Positions 1 through 9,625 are shown, numbered from the stretch's first letter. The stretch is 35,372 nt of DNA from Candidatus Zipacnadia bacterium (GCA_029821455.1 JALGTI010000001.1:1-35372), one strand, 5' to 3'. Made by a program: numbers and translations. The notes: generated by a model not told the origin, from the sequence alone.

Positions 1-1
1 G

Positions 2-760
2 CAGTACCGGACAGGCCCGTACCGCTGGATAGGCGGAGTGCGCTACCAGGACGAGGACCTCTTCGACAGCCAGACCACCTATCGCCTGGGGGTCAGCAGA
101 ATCCTGGGCGATGGCAACACTGTTCTCTGGACTAACTACGGCACTGGCTATCGCGTCCCCACTTTCAATGAACTGTACTTCCCCTTTATGGGCAATCCCG
201 GCCTCGTGCCCGAGGAGAGCAATAGCTACGAAGTCGGCTTGTGGGACAAGGTCGGCAAGAATGAGGATGTGGAGCTGGTCTACTTCCACAATGACTTCGA
301 GAACCTCATCCAGTGGCGTGAGGTCGCTCCCTGGGTCTGGCAGCCGGTCAACGTCGCCAATGCCACTACCCAGGGCCTGGAGTTCAGCTTCAACCAGCAG
401 CTCAGTGATAACTGGAGCCATAGCCTCGGGTTCACTCGCCTGAGCATCTGGACCGATGGCGACCCCCTACTGCGGAGACCAAAGTACTCCGGTTCATATC
501 AACTGGCGCACGCGGATGGGCGTGATAGCTTCAGCCTGGCTGCCTGCTACACTGGCCGGCGGTTTGACGCCAAGACTTTTCCTGGCCCGGATGTAGTAGG
601 AGGGTACTTGGTGGTTGATGTGGCGGCTTCGCGCAAGCTGGGCTCTGGCACCACGCTGTGGCTGCGTATCAACAACCTGCTGGACAAGGAATACGAGGCG
701 GCAGCGAATTATCCCTCGCCGGGATGGAACTGGCTAGTGGGTTTGAGCAGGGAGCTGTAG
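2..760 (+). CDS. TonB-dependent outer-membrane receptor, BtuB-like, C-terminal part (5' truncated by the window edge)
   Basis: The frame is open from position 2. Motifs YGTGYRVPTFNELY, GNPGLVPEESNSYEVG, LLRRPK and RINNLLDKEYE...YPSPG are typical of the beta-barrel C-terminus of BtuB/CirA-type receptors. Confidence 0.85.
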   Translation, partial: QYRTGPYRWIGGVRYQDEDLFDSQTTYRLGVSRILGDGNTVLWTNYGTGYRVPTFNELYFPFMGNPGLVPEESNSYEVGLWDKVGKNEDVELVYFHNDFENLIQWREVAPWVWQPVNVANATTQGLEFSFNQQLSDNWSHSLGFTRLSIWTDGDPLLRRPKYSGSYQLAHADGRDSFSLAACYTGRRFDAKTFPGPDVVGGYLVVDVAASRKLGSGTTLWLRINNLLDKEYEAAANYPSPGWNWLVGLSREL

Positions 761-771
761 GTGGCTGCCGG

Positions 772-845
772 CCTCACCCCCCGGCCCCCTCTCGTTGCAG
801 GAGAGAGGGAGTACGACACAGTCTCGCCCTCCGATTCCGGGAGGG
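772..845. repeat. Degenerate CCTCACCCC...CCCTCTC-N-GAGAGGG palindromic intergenic element with two hairpins
   Basis: Stems ccctctc(787-793)/gagaggg(803-809) and ccctcc(827-832)/ggaggg(840-845) lie between convergent genes. Confidence 0.5.
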
Positions 846-857
846 AGTTAAGAAGCT

Positions 858-883
858 GGACAGGCAAGGATGCCTGTCCTACA
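858..883 (-). repeat. GTAG-type REP-like palindrome, possibly a bidirectional terminator
   Basis: The minus strand reads TGTA-GGACAGGCA-TCCT-TGCCTGTCC: a 9-bp stem with a 4-nt loop, a few bp after the stop of the 789-aa gene. Confidence 0.6.
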
Positions 884-887
884 CATT

Positions 888-3257
888 TTAGGGTGAGGGG
901 GCGATAGTGAGGGTCACGGCCCGGGCCTGTACATCGAAGCGGAGGCGGGAGCTAGGGGCCTCGAATGTCTTCTCTTCGCGACTGCCGTCGGGCCACTGGA
1001 ATGTCACCTGATGTCGGCTGCCGGGCGTCACCTCATAATCACCATTCCTGATCGCCAGCCGCGTCTGGGTACGCTTGCCAGACGAGAGGGTAAGCCGGCC
1101 ATCGCGGCTAGTCTGCAGTCTGGTATCTGTGCCGGCTAGCTGCAGCACAATCGCGTTCTCGTCATACTGCTCGACGATAGCGGTGACCTCGCCGGCATAC
1201 GGTTGCACGAGCAGTGGAATGGCGCGAAGGGTACGCAACTCGCCGGATCCAAGCGGCACCGTCAGGCGCGCATAGCCGGTGCGCAGGCCATTATCGTAAC
1301 GGGAGCCAGCGGAGAACTTGGCAATAGCCCCCAGGTAGGCTCGGTGCTTGGCTGTGTAGCTGAGTACCTCGGCGATAGTGTCGGAGCCACTGTTATATAG
1401 CCGGAATTCATCTCCACCCAGGCCGGCGATATGGACCTGGTCAGGAAACAGGGGCGGCCCAATCAATTGATACATGGCACGGCGGGAGCACAGGTCACGA
1501 TGGAACGCGATGTAGGACGGGTCATTCACGCTCCAGTTGCTCCACAGGGGGTAGGTGGCAAAGACTGTCGCCCCCAGCCCACGGGTGCGTACTAAGATCC
1601 CAGCCCAAGCGGGGCTCCCCTCCTCATCGCGCTCCACATCCAGAACCGCCAGCGGTATGGTGTCTTCGGCGATCAATGCGTGCGCGGCGGGGCCGACTAC
1701 CGTCCACTGGCCACCGGCCACACTCGTGCCCCCGCGTTTCCCCATCTCGGTGAAGCCTTTGGTATCCATCCCCGGGCGCAGTGATGGGAACAGCGGCGGA
1801 ATGCAGTTAACCTTCAGATTCCCCACGCGATCCTTGATGCTGACAATCCCCTCCACACCACACCAGGCGCCCAGAGGGTGGGGCAGCTTGTCCCACTGGC
1901 CGGAGTTATACATCCCCGCGCCCAGGTCGCAGACAAACACTCCGCCGCGCTCGATGTAACCTTCGATAGCTGTTACGGCCTCGGGGGTAAGCTTCAGGGC
2001 TAAGGGTCCAAAGATGACCCCATACCGGTCCAGGTCCACGTCAGCCACTTCATTAAGCTGGAGTATATCCACCCCACCGAAGACGGTGCCGAGCCTGAAG
2101 GCGCCGAAGAGGTTGTTCGGCTCGCCGTCAGAGAGGCCCTGGATGAAGCCATAGGCGGGCACTTTCTCTTGCCCTGCCGCAAAGCCCTGGGCGTAGGGCT
2201 CCCAGAGGATTGCGATGGTACCAGCAGGCTCGATACCAAAGTCGGTCGGCTGCACAGCGGCGAGGGTGTCGTGCAGTTGACTGCGGACCTCCGCAGGCGA
2301 GCGGTTCTCCTCGATACGCTCGGCATCCTCGATGCCAAAGCCACAAGCACCACCCAGAGCGGCAACCCCGATCCAGCGGCCCAACGCATTCTCTGAAAAC
2401 AGCGGGCTGGGTGGAACCGGCAGGCGCAAGACGGGCAGGACCCGGAACTTGCCCATGCGGCGGCCCATGTGCAGGGCGTGCACATTGCTGGCGGTAGTGT
2501 CAGGCTCCAGGATATCCGGCGGCATCCAGACCTGGATGATGTCGTAGTCGTCGGGGATAGCACTGAGACTGCGGTAGAGGCTGATGCGCCCGGTCATCAG
2601 AGGGCGGGTAGGGTCCGCCTCCCGAATGACATCGGCCCAGAGCGCCATAAGATCGTGGAACTCCTGGCGCTGGAAGTCAGCGAAGTCAATTGAGGGCCGG
2701 CCCACCGCGAAGGGCATCTCATCATCCGCGCTCAAGGCGCCGACGATGCCTATCTGCGACCAGGTGAGGTACTCCGTCCCCCAGGCCGCGTTCAGTGTCG
2801 CCAGGTCTCGATAAATGGTCTTCAGGTATTGCTGGAAGCCAGCGGCCGAATAGCGGATGTCGCCCTCCAGGAAGTCAGAGGTCGCCCAGGCGGTGATACC
2901 CTCCTCGGAGGCCAGCTCGCCAACCGTCTCCCGTAGCAGCGTCCTGACACGATCTACGTATGACTGATCGCCCGTTGACAGGCCTAACTCGCTGTCTACG
3001 CTCGTCGGCAGGGCCACAATTGACTGCAGCCCGGCTTGGTGGGCGTTGCGGACCGCGACTTTGATGGGACCAAGTCTATCAACCTGCTCAGGATCAATGG
3101 TGAGGTAGATCGTGTTGAGGCCCAGCCAGCGCGCGTCATCGACCATCCGCGGCCCACTGAGGCCCAACAGGTAAGTGAAAAACAGGCCGTCGCTGTCAGC
3201 CGGACCGCCCGCAGCGCATAAGAGGCTTAGGAGAATGATGGCTGCGCTTCGCTTCAT
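888..3257 (-). CDS. Secreted GH42 (beta-galactosidase)-like protein with a trimerisation-like domain; activity uncertain
   Basis: Signal peptide MKRSAAIILLSLLCAAGG; GH42-like segment FQQYLKTIYRDLATLNAAWGTEY; trimerisation-domain-like DLDRYGVIFGP...IEGYIERGGVFVCD. The canonical NE acid/base motif is not evident. Confidence 0.55.
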   Translation of the reverse strand: MKRSAAIILLSLLCAAGGPADSDGLFFTYLLGLSGPRMVDDARWLGLNTIYLTIDPEQVDRLGPIKVAVRNAHQAGLQSIVALPTSVDSELGLSTGDQSYVDRVRTLLRETVGELASEEGITAWATSDFLEGDIRYSAAGFQQYLKTIYRDLATLNAAWGTEYLTWSQIGIVGALSADDEMPFAVGRPSIDFADFQRQEFHDLMALWADVIREADPTRPLMTGRISLYRSLSAIPDDYDIIQVWMPPDILEPDTTASNVHALHMGRRMGKFRVLPVLRLPVPPSPLFSENALGRWIGVAALGGACGFGIEDAERIEENRSPAEVRSQLHDTLAAVQPTDFGIEPAGTIAILWEPYAQGFAAGQEKVPAYGFIQGLSDGEPNNLFGAFRLGTVFGGVDILQLNEVADVDLDRYGVIFGPLALKLTPEAVTAIEGYIERGGVFVCDLGAGMYNSGQWDKLPHPLGAWCGVEGIVSIKDRVGNLKVNCIPPLFPSLRPGMDTKGFTEMGKRGGTSVAGGQWTVVGPAAHALIAEDTIPLAVLDVERDEEGSPAWAGILVRTRGLGATVFATYPLWSNWSVNDPSYIAFHRDLCSRRAMYQLIGPPLFPDQVHIAGLGGDEFRLYNSGSDTIAEVLSYTAKHRAYLGAIAKFSAGSRYDNGLRTGYARLTVPLGSGELRTLRAIPLLVQPYAGEVTAIVEQYDENAIVLQLAGTDTRLQTSRDGRLTLSSGKRTQTRLAIRNGDYEVTPGSRHQVTFQWPDGSREEKTFEAPSSRLRFDVQARAVTLTIAPSP

Positions 3258-3274
3258 GCCGCCCGTCTCTTCGG

Positions 3275-4015
3275 CTAGATAGTGTCCGTTGAGTGGTTAT
3301 TCACAACCGTCGCCAGCCAGACCTCCTTGGTGGATAGAGCATCGCCGGCCGCGGCTTGCTGAGCTTGCTGCTTGCTGGCACCGTTGCCTTGGCCGATCAC
3401 CCGTCCTCGGAAGCGCACCTCCACCTCGAAAGTCCGATCGTGAGGTGGCCCCATCACAGCAACGGTCACATAGCGAGGAATCTGCTTGGTCTGCTTCTGC
3501 AGCAGCTCCTGGAGCACGGTCTTATGGTCGAAGACAAGCTCCTGCGCCTCGATATTTGCCAGAATATCACGAAACAGTCGCATTACCAGGGCACGGGCGG
3601 TTCGCATCCCCTTGGCCAGATACGCAGCCCCGATGACAGCTTCCACGCAATCGGCCAGCAGTGAGGTTTTCTGTCGGCCACCAGTCTCTTCCTCGCCGTG
3701 ACCCAGCAGCAAGTAGTCACCAAAGCCCCGCTGCCGGGCAACCCTGGCAAGAGTGGTCGAACGCGCCACCACCGACTTCATCCTGGTCAACTGCCCCTCG
3801 GGTAAGCCGGGAAACTTCTTGTATAGGTGCTCCGCCAAGCATAAGTCCAACACCGTGTCACCCAGGAATTCCAGGCGCTGGTTGGACTCCACGGAGGGCA
3901 AGCCCTGTTCGCGCACCCACGAGGTATGACAGAACGCCTGCCGCAACAGGTCAAGATCCATCTTGGGCAGGCGTAGTTGTTCGGCAAGTGCCCTGAAGCG
4001 CTTCTTGTCCTGCAC
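3275..4015 (-). CDS. rnc: Ribonuclease III
   Basis: Signature NQRLEFLGD, ADCVEAVIGA, and a C-terminal dsRBD (DHKTVLQE...GPPHDRTF...G.GASKQQAQQAAA). Confidence 0.96.
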   Translation of the reverse strand: MQDKKRFRALAEQLRLPKMDLDLLRQAFCHTSWVREQGLPSVESNQRLEFLGDTVLDLCLAEHLYKKFPGLPEGQLTRMKSVVARSTTLARVARQRGFGDYLLLGHGEEETGGRQKTSLLADCVEAVIGAAYLAKGMRTARALVMRLFRDILANIEAQELVFDHKTVLQELLQKQTKQIPRYVTVAVMGPPHDRTFEVEVRFRGRVIGQGNGASKQQAQQAAAGDALSTKEVWLATVVNNHSTDTI

Positions 4016-4183
4016 AGTTAATCCTCCCGGCGAAACGACTGGCCGCAGTCAAGCTGGTAAGCTTCGGCGCCGGTCAGGTGCCGCGGCTTCTTCTGTGCAG
4101 GCGCGCTCCCCTGGACGCAACCAGTGCAGCCAAGGGACCGCCTCCGCGCAGGTGTTTCTTATGTACTATCGGCCCTTCTGCTA

Positions 4184-5410
4184 CTAGACAGCCCCAATGA
4201 TCAGCACCGCATTGTGTCCCCCAAAGCCGAACGAATTGGACATAGCGTACTTGACCGTTGCCTGGCGCGGCTTGTCTCGCACGATGTCAATGACTATGCC
4301 GTCGTCCGGGTTGTCGCAGTTGAGGGTGTGGGGGATTATTCCCTCTTGAATGGCTTTGATGCAGGCCAGCAGCTCAGAAGCCCCAGTCGCCCCGAGCTGA
4401 TGGCCGTGAATCGGTTTGGTTGACGAAACAGGTACGCTGTCACCGAACAACTCACCGATGGCGGTAGCCTCCATCTCGTCGCCGCCTGGGGTGCCAGGTG
4501 CGTGGGCATTAATGTAATCAATATCATCGGCTGCCAGGCCGGCGTCCCGCAGGGCCGCTTGCATCGCCATCCTAGCGCCACGTCCCTCGGGGTCGGGAGC
4601 TGTGATGTGATAGGCGTCTGCGGTCATGCCGTATCCCAGTATTTCCGCCAATATGGTGGCACCGCGCGCCCGGGCCCACTCCAGTTCCTCAAGGATCATA
4701 ACGGTGGCCCCTTCACCCATCACGAAGCCATCGCGGTCGCGGTCAAAGGGCCGGCAGGACCGTTCAGGCTCATCATTGCGCCGGGAGATAGCGCGGGCAG
4801 CAGCAAAGCCGGCCACGGCGAGCGGGGTGAGAGCCGCTTCAGCCCCACCGGCGACCATTACCTTGGCCGCTCCCCGGCGGATGATCTCAAAGGAATCACC
4901 GATGGCGTGAGCAGCCGTGGCGCAGGCTGTGGCGACCGTCGAGTTGGGCCCTTTGGCACCAGTCTCGATTGATACCATTCCCGATCCCATATTGACAATC
5001 ATCATCGGGACAAAGAATGGAGAGACACGCGAAGGGCCCCGCTCAAGCAGCGCCTGGTGCTGCTTCTCCCAGGTCCACATTCCCCCGATCCCCGAGCCAA
5101 TAAGCACACCGATATCATCGGCATTGTCCTCCATGACCGTCAGGTCCGCATCCCCCAGGGCCATTTTCGCGGCGGCGATGGCGAACTGGGTGAACCTGTC
5201 GCAACGTTTGACGATCTTGGCATCCATCCACCGGGTAGGTTCGAAGTCTCGGACCTCAGCAGCAATCCGCGTGGCGTGCTCTGACGCATCAAACTGCGTG
5301 ATGGGGCCAATCCCAGAGTGCCCCTTGCAGCAGGCCCGCCACAGGTCTTCAACGCTGTAGCCCAGGGGCGAGATGATACCGATTCCGGTGACAACGACGC
5401 GCCTGTTCAT
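4184..5410 (-). CDS. fabF: Beta-ketoacyl-ACP synthase II
   Basis: RRVVVTGIG, catalytic TAC, His in INAH and HGH, RPFDRDRDGFVMGEG, SNSFGFGGHNA; follows acpP. Confidence 0.96.
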   Translation of the reverse strand: MNRRVVVTGIGIISPLGYSVEDLWRACCKGHSGIGPITQFDASEHATRIAAEVRDFEPTRWMDAKIVKRCDRFTQFAIAAAKMALGDADLTVMEDNADDIGVLIGSGIGGMWTWEKQHQALLERGPSRVSPFFVPMMIVNMGSGMVSIETGAKGPNSTVATACATAAHAIGDSFEIIRRGAAKVMVAGGAEAALTPLAVAGFAAARAISRRNDEPERSCRPFDRDRDGFVMGEGATVMILEELEWARARGATILAEILGYGMTADAYHITAPDPEGRGARMAMQAALRDAGLAADDIDYINAHAPGTPGGDEMEATAIGELFGDSVPVSSTKPIHGHQLGATGASELLACIKAIQEGIIPHTLNCDNPDDGIVIDIVRDKPRQATVKYAMSNSFGFGGHNAVLIIGAV

Positions 5411-5471
5411 TGACTACTCCTAGATTGACCCCGAAAACCAGGCGAAAAGCGCGGTGGCCTAAGCCTCAAGC

Positions 5472-5498
5472 GGCCTTGTGGCCAAGGCCCACAAGGCC
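5472..5498 (-). terminator. Stem-loop between acpP and fabF (partial terminator or mRNA stabiliser)
   Basis: ggccttgtgg(5472-5481)/ccacaaggcc(5489-5498) form a perfect 10-bp stem; there is no adjacent U-tract. Confidence 0.45.
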
Positions 5499-5521
5499 TG
5501 CGCGAAGTCGGCCCGAGAGGG

Positions 5522-5761
5522 CTAGCTACTGACACCCTTCTGCTCCAGATAGCGCACGGTATCGCCCACAGTCCGAATCTGCTCGGCTTCCTCTTCGGGA
5601 ATCTCGATGGCAAACTCCTCTTCAAGGGCCATGACCAGTTCGACGACGTCCAATGAGTCGGCCTTCAGATCGCCCTCAAAGGTAGCGCTCTCTGTGACCT
5701 CGCTTTCAGGTACCGACAGTTCCCTCACGATAACTTCCTTGACTTTTTCAAACAATGCCAC
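5522..5761 (-). CDS. acpP: Acyl carrier protein
   Basis: 79 aa acidic protein with the phosphopantetheine motif [17 protein letters not shown]. Confidence 0.97.
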   Translation of the reverse strand: MALFEKVKEVIVRELSVPESEVTESATFEGDLKADSLDVVELVMALEEEFAIEIPEEEAEQIRTVGDTVRYLEQKGVSS

Positions 5762-5808
5762 TGACTTTCACCTCGCTTGATGCATTCGCGGCGCGGACGC
5801 CGGTTCAG

Positions 5809-6549
5809 TTACATTAGCATGCCACCATCTATGCTAATGACTTGCCCAGTTATGTAGCTGGCCTCCGGGTGGGCCAGGAACGCCACTACGCCAGCCACGT
5901 CCTCTGCTGTGCCAGCTCGCCCGAGCGGTATCAGGCTCAGCCAGCCTTCACGCACCGCCTCAGAAAGCTGCTCAGTCATAGGAGTCTCGATGAAGCCTGG
6001 GGCAACAGCGTTGCAGTTAACGCCCCTTCCGGCCAGTTCCTTGGCGGTGGTCTTGGTCAGGGCAATCAGGCCGCCCTTGGAGGCAGCGTAGTTGGCCTGG
6101 CCGGGGTTGCCCATCACCCCCGCTACGGAGGCGATGTTGATAATGCGACCATAGCGCGCTTTCATCATCGGTTTGGCCACGGCGCGCGTGCAGATGAAGG
6201 CACCCTTGAGGTTGACATCCAACACCGCATCCCACTGCTCATCCTTCATTCTGACCAGCAGGCCGTCGCGGGTAATGCCGGCATTGTTGACCAGAATGTC
6301 AATCCGTCCCCATTTATCCAGCGCCTCGCTGACCATTGCCTCAACCTGCTCAGGATCAGTCACGGAGGCGACGGATACCAGGGCCTCGCGCCCCAACTCC
6401 TCAACCTCGGCGGCCACAGCATTCGCGGCCTCTTCCAGGATATCATTGACCACTATACTGGCACCGTGCTGGGCGAGCTCCAAGGCGATAGTGCGCCCGA
6501 TGCCGCCGCCGGAGCCGGTAATGATCGCAATCTGGTCCTGGAGCTTCAA
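5809..6549 (-). CDS. fabG: 3-oxoacyl-ACP reductase
   Basis: TGSGGGIG, NNAGITRD, GNPGQANYAASK (YxxxK). TTG start at 6549 follows a GGAGGG SD. Confidence 0.96.
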   Translation of the reverse strand: MKLQDQIAIITGSGGGIGRTIALELAQHGASIVVNDILEEAANAVAAEVEELGREALVSVASVTDPEQVEAMVSEALDKWGRIDILVNNAGITRDGLLVRMKDEQWDAVLDVNLKGAFICTRAVAKPMMKARYGRIINIASVAGVMGNPGQANYAASKGGLIALTKTTAKELAGRGVNCNAVAPGFIETPMTEQLSEAVREGWLSLIPLGRAGTAEDVAGVVAFLAHPEASYITGQVISIDGGMLM

Positions 6550-6565
6550 TTCTTCCCTCCGCTCC

Positions 6566-7495
6566 CTAGTTGATGAGACGGTCAATGGTCACTAGCAGTG
6601 TTTCGGCGTCACAGGCGCTGTGGACCGCCACGCTGCCATCAATCTTGCTCATCATCCGCGCCAGTACCTGCCCAGGTCCCACCTCGACGAAAACGTCAGC
6701 GCCCATCTTGATCATCGTACGCACCGAGGCCTCCCAACGCACCTGGTTCGTAATCTGCTGGATCAGGGCCTGACGGATGCCGTCAGCATCAGTGCGGGCA
6801 GTTGCGTCCACATTCGACACCAGCGGGATGCGGGCATCGGTGAAGTTGGCCTGTTCCAGCAGCGGACGCATCTGCTCGGCGGCTGGCTCCATAAGTCGCG
6901 AATGGAAGGCGCCAGAGACCTTGAGTGGGATCACGCGCTTGGCCCCCGCTTCCTTCGCCAACTCTGAGGCCCTCGCCACCGCCTCTGCCTCACCCGAGAT
7001 GACCGTCTGCACAGGAGTATTGTAATTCGCCACTACGCAGACACCTTCCTGCATGGCTTGGGCAACCGCTGCCTCCACCTCGTTGGGGGGCAGGCCAATG
7101 ATGGCGGCCATCACACCCCCAGCCTTCTCGCCTGCATCGGCCATCGCCACGCCGCGCTGCCATATCAGCATAATGGCCTCTTCGACCTCGAGTGCACCGG
7201 CGGCGACAGCCGCAGAGTACTCCCCGACGCTGTGGCCAGCGACGATCTGTGGCTCTACGCCGCGCTCGGAGAGCACCTGAAGTGTCGCGATGCTCTGTGC
7301 CAGTATGGCAGGCTGGGCATAGCGGGTGTCCTGGAGACCCTCCTGCAGACCGTCGAACATCAGCCCAGTGAGCGGGAAGCCCAGTGACTTATTTACCAGG
7401 CTGAATAGCCGCCGAACGGTTGGATACTCTCCATACAGGTCTGTGCCCATACCGACGAATTGTGAACCCTGGCCTGGAAAGATGAAAGCTATCAC
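6566..7495 (-). CDS. fabD: Malonyl-CoA:ACP transacylase
   Basis: FPGQGSQ, catalytic GHSVG, VSGAFHS, VEVGPG. Confidence 0.97.
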   Translation of the reverse strand: MIAFIFPGQGSQFVGMGTDLYGEYPTVRRLFSLVNKSLGFPLTGLMFDGLQEGLQDTRYAQPAILAQSIATLQVLSERGVEPQIVAGHSVGEYSAAVAAGALEVEEAIMLIWQRGVAMADAGEKAGGVMAAIIGLPPNEVEAAVAQAMQEGVCVVANYNTPVQTVISGEAEAVARASELAKEAGAKRVIPLKVSGAFHSRLMEPAAEQMRPLLEQANFTDARIPLVSNVDATARTDADGIRQALIQQITNQVRWEASVRTMIKMGADVFVEVGPGQVLARMMSKIDGSVAVHSACDAETLLVTIDRLIN

Positions 7496-7550
7496 TGGGT
7501 GCTATCGCCTCCGTGGCAGCAAGAGCATCCGCCGCCAACTACCCGGCTTC

Positions 7551-8750
7551 CTATTGGTGCCCGAACTCGTTCTTTAGCGCAGCGGTCAAGGCTGGCACAA
7601 CTTCGAAAAGGTCGCCCACGATGCCATAGGTAGCCACGTCAAAGATAGGCGCATCGGGATCGCTATTGATGGCGACAATGCAGTCGGAAGAGGACATGCC
7701 GGCTAGATGCTGGACGGCTCCGCTGATGCCGCAGGCAATGTACAGCTTAGGCTGGACAGTCTTGCCGGTTTGCCCGACCTGATGATAAGCCGGTATCCAC
7801 CCGGCGTCCACGGTGGCACGCGATGCGCCGACCGCTCCGCCCAGCACCCCCGCCAGTTCCCTTATCATCGCAAAGTTCTCCGGAGCCCGTAGGCCACGCC
7901 CGCCAGAAACAATGATCTCCGCATCTTGCAGGTTGACCTGCTCTGCGCCCTCCTCGCGGATGACCTCAACGATCTTAGTTAGGATTGCCTTTTCGTTGAG
8001 GCTCACCTGTTTGCGGATGACTTCGGCCTGGCGGCCTTCCTGCAGCGCGGGCTTCTTCATTACTCTGGGCCGCACAGTTGCCATCTGGGGCCGCGCCTGC
8101 CGGCACAGAATGCTCGCCATAATATTGCCGCCGAAGGCTGGGCGCGTCTGCAGCAGCAATCGCTCGGCCGGGTCAATCTCTAGCCCCGTGCAATCGGCGG
8201 TCAGGCCGGCTCCGATGCGGGCGGCAATGCGCGAGGCGAGGTCACGGCCCATTGAGGTGGCCCCAATCAAGACAATCTCGGGCTTATGCTTGTTGATGAG
8301 ACCGGTCATCACATCCACGAATGGCCCGGTGCGGTAGTGTTTGAGGGCCTCGTCCTCCACCAAGTAAACCTTGTCAGCACCATACGCGGCGGCTGCGGGG
8401 ACTAGCGGCTCGACCTCGTGGCCAACCAACAATAAGGCCAGCTCCTCGTCCAGCGCCTCGGCCAACTTGCGGCCCTCACCCAGCAGTTCGACAGTCACCT
8501 CAGCGAACTTGCCATCGTGGGTCTCGGCGATGACCCAGACGCCCTGGTACTCGCTTGTGTCAACAGCCTCCTTCTTTGGCCGCGCCTGGATGATGGCTTC
8601 GAACTTGCAGAAGCTGACGCAGGCCCCGCACATCACGCAATCCTCGGTGAAGCGGGCCTTGCCGTCCTCGATGATTATCGCGCCATAGGGGCACGCGTTC
8701 AGGCAAAGCTTGCAGCCAGTACATTTGTCAGTATCAATGTAGATAGACAT
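7551..8750 (-). CDS. etfA: Electron transfer flavoprotein alpha subunit with an N-terminal 2x[4Fe-4S] ferredoxin domain
   Basis: [12 protein letters not shown] and [11 protein letters not shown] cluster motifs; [42 protein letters not shown]. Confidence 0.95.
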   Translation of the reverse strand: MSIYIDTDKCTGCKLCLNACPYGAIIIEDGKARFTEDCVMCGACVSFCKFEAIIQARPKKEAVDTSEYQGVWVIAETHDGKFAEVTVELLGEGRKLAEALDEELALLLVGHEVEPLVPAAAAYGADKVYLVEDEALKHYRTGPFVDVMTGLINKHKPEIVLIGATSMGRDLASRIAARIGAGLTADCTGLEIDPAERLLLQTRPAFGGNIMASILCRQARPQMATVRPRVMKKPALQEGRQAEVIRKQVSLNEKAILTKIVEVIREEGAEQVNLQDAEIIVSGGRGLRAPENFAMIRELAGVLGGAVGASRATVDAGWIPAYHQVGQTGKTVQPKLYIACGISGAVQHLAGMSSSDCIVAINSDPDAPIFDVATYGIVGDLFEVVPALTAALKNEFGHQ

Positions 8751-8771
8751 ACTTCGCAGTTGTGGAGAGGT

Positions 8772-9554
8772 CTAAAGGACCTTGGCCTCCCGTAGTCTCT
8801 GGATCAGAGTATGGACAACTTCTGAGCACTCGCCCTCCAGCCGTTCCCCCTCCCGGCCACGCTCTGGCGTGAAGATCCGGACGACGTTAGTTGGTGAGCC
8901 ATCCAGGCCACAGCGCGCGGTGTCAGCCTGGATGTCCTCAGCGGTCCAGGTGGGAATCTCAGCCTTGCGCGCCTTCATCACGCCCTTGAGGCCGGCGTGG
9001 CGTGGCTCGTTCATCTGCTTGACACAGGTTATCAAAGCCGGCAGCCGGGTCTCGACCACTTCAAACCGATCCTCCAGCAGCCGCTTGACCCGCAGTCCTT
9101 TGTCCTCTATCTCCGCTTCGATGGCATAGGTCACCTGCGGAATGCCGAGTTGCTCCGCCAGGCCGGGGCCGACCTGGGCGGTGTCGCCATCGAAGGCCTG
9201 CTTGCCGCATAGTATCAGGTCATAGTCGCCAATCCTTCTGATAGCTTGGGCCAGCGTATAACTGGTGGCCAGTGTGTCGGAGCCTGCAAAGGCACGGTCG
9301 CTGATTAGGATCGCTTCATCGGCACCCATTGCGACGGCCTCACGCAGAGCCTTCTCGGCCTGCGGTGGCCCCATCGTGATGACCATTACCTTCCCGCCGT
9401 GCTTTTCCTTAAGCTGCAAGGCAGCCTCGATGGCATTCTCATCAAACGGGTTGATGATGCTGGGCACGCCCTCCCGTACCAGGGTGTTGGTCTCGGGGTC
9501 AATGCGCACCTCGGTGGTATCAGGAACCTGTTTTATGCAGACGATGAAGTTCAT
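8772..9554 (-). CDS. etfB: Electron transfer flavoprotein beta subunit
   Basis: VCIKQVPDT, INPFDENA, FAGSDTLAT, CGKQAFDGDTAQVGP, GLDGSPT. Confidence 0.96.
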   Translation of the reverse strand: MNFIVCIKQVPDTTEVRIDPETNTLVREGVPSIINPFDENAIEAALQLKEKHGGKVMVITMGPPQAEKALREAVAMGADEAILISDRAFAGSDTLATSYTLAQAIRRIGDYDLILCGKQAFDGDTAQVGPGLAEQLGIPQVTYAIEAEIEDKGLRVKRLLEDRFEVVETRLPALITCVKQMNEPRHAGLKGVMKARKAEIPTWTAEDIQADTARCGLDGSPTNVVRIFTPERGREGERLEGECSEVVHTLIQRLREAKVL

Positions 9555-9593
9555 TGGGTGGTCTCATATCCTGACGGTAGGGTAAGCTTCTCC

Positions 9594-9625
9594 TTCGGCT
9601 AGCTCAGGACGGTGAGCTTGCCGAA
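9594..9625. repeat. Imperfect palindrome between the dehydrogenase gene and etfB
   Basis: ttcggc-t-agctca-GGACGG-tgagct-t-gccgaa: 12 paired bases with one mismatch. Confidence 0.5.

Noticed and set aside
740-760. TonB receptor ends in Leu rather than the usual Phe/Trp
   Set aside because: A single-residue deviation that is tolerated in divergent diderm lineages; the gene is also only partly visible.
3855-3885. RNase III signature NQRLEFLGD instead of NERLEFLGD
   Set aside because: The metal-binding acidic residues (E.LGD and D..E) are intact, so there is no basis for calling it inactive.
4016-4183. 168-bp fabF-rnc spacer as a possible rnc autoregulatory leader or sRNA
   Set aside because: I could not identify a convincing long stem or a consensus promoter by eye.
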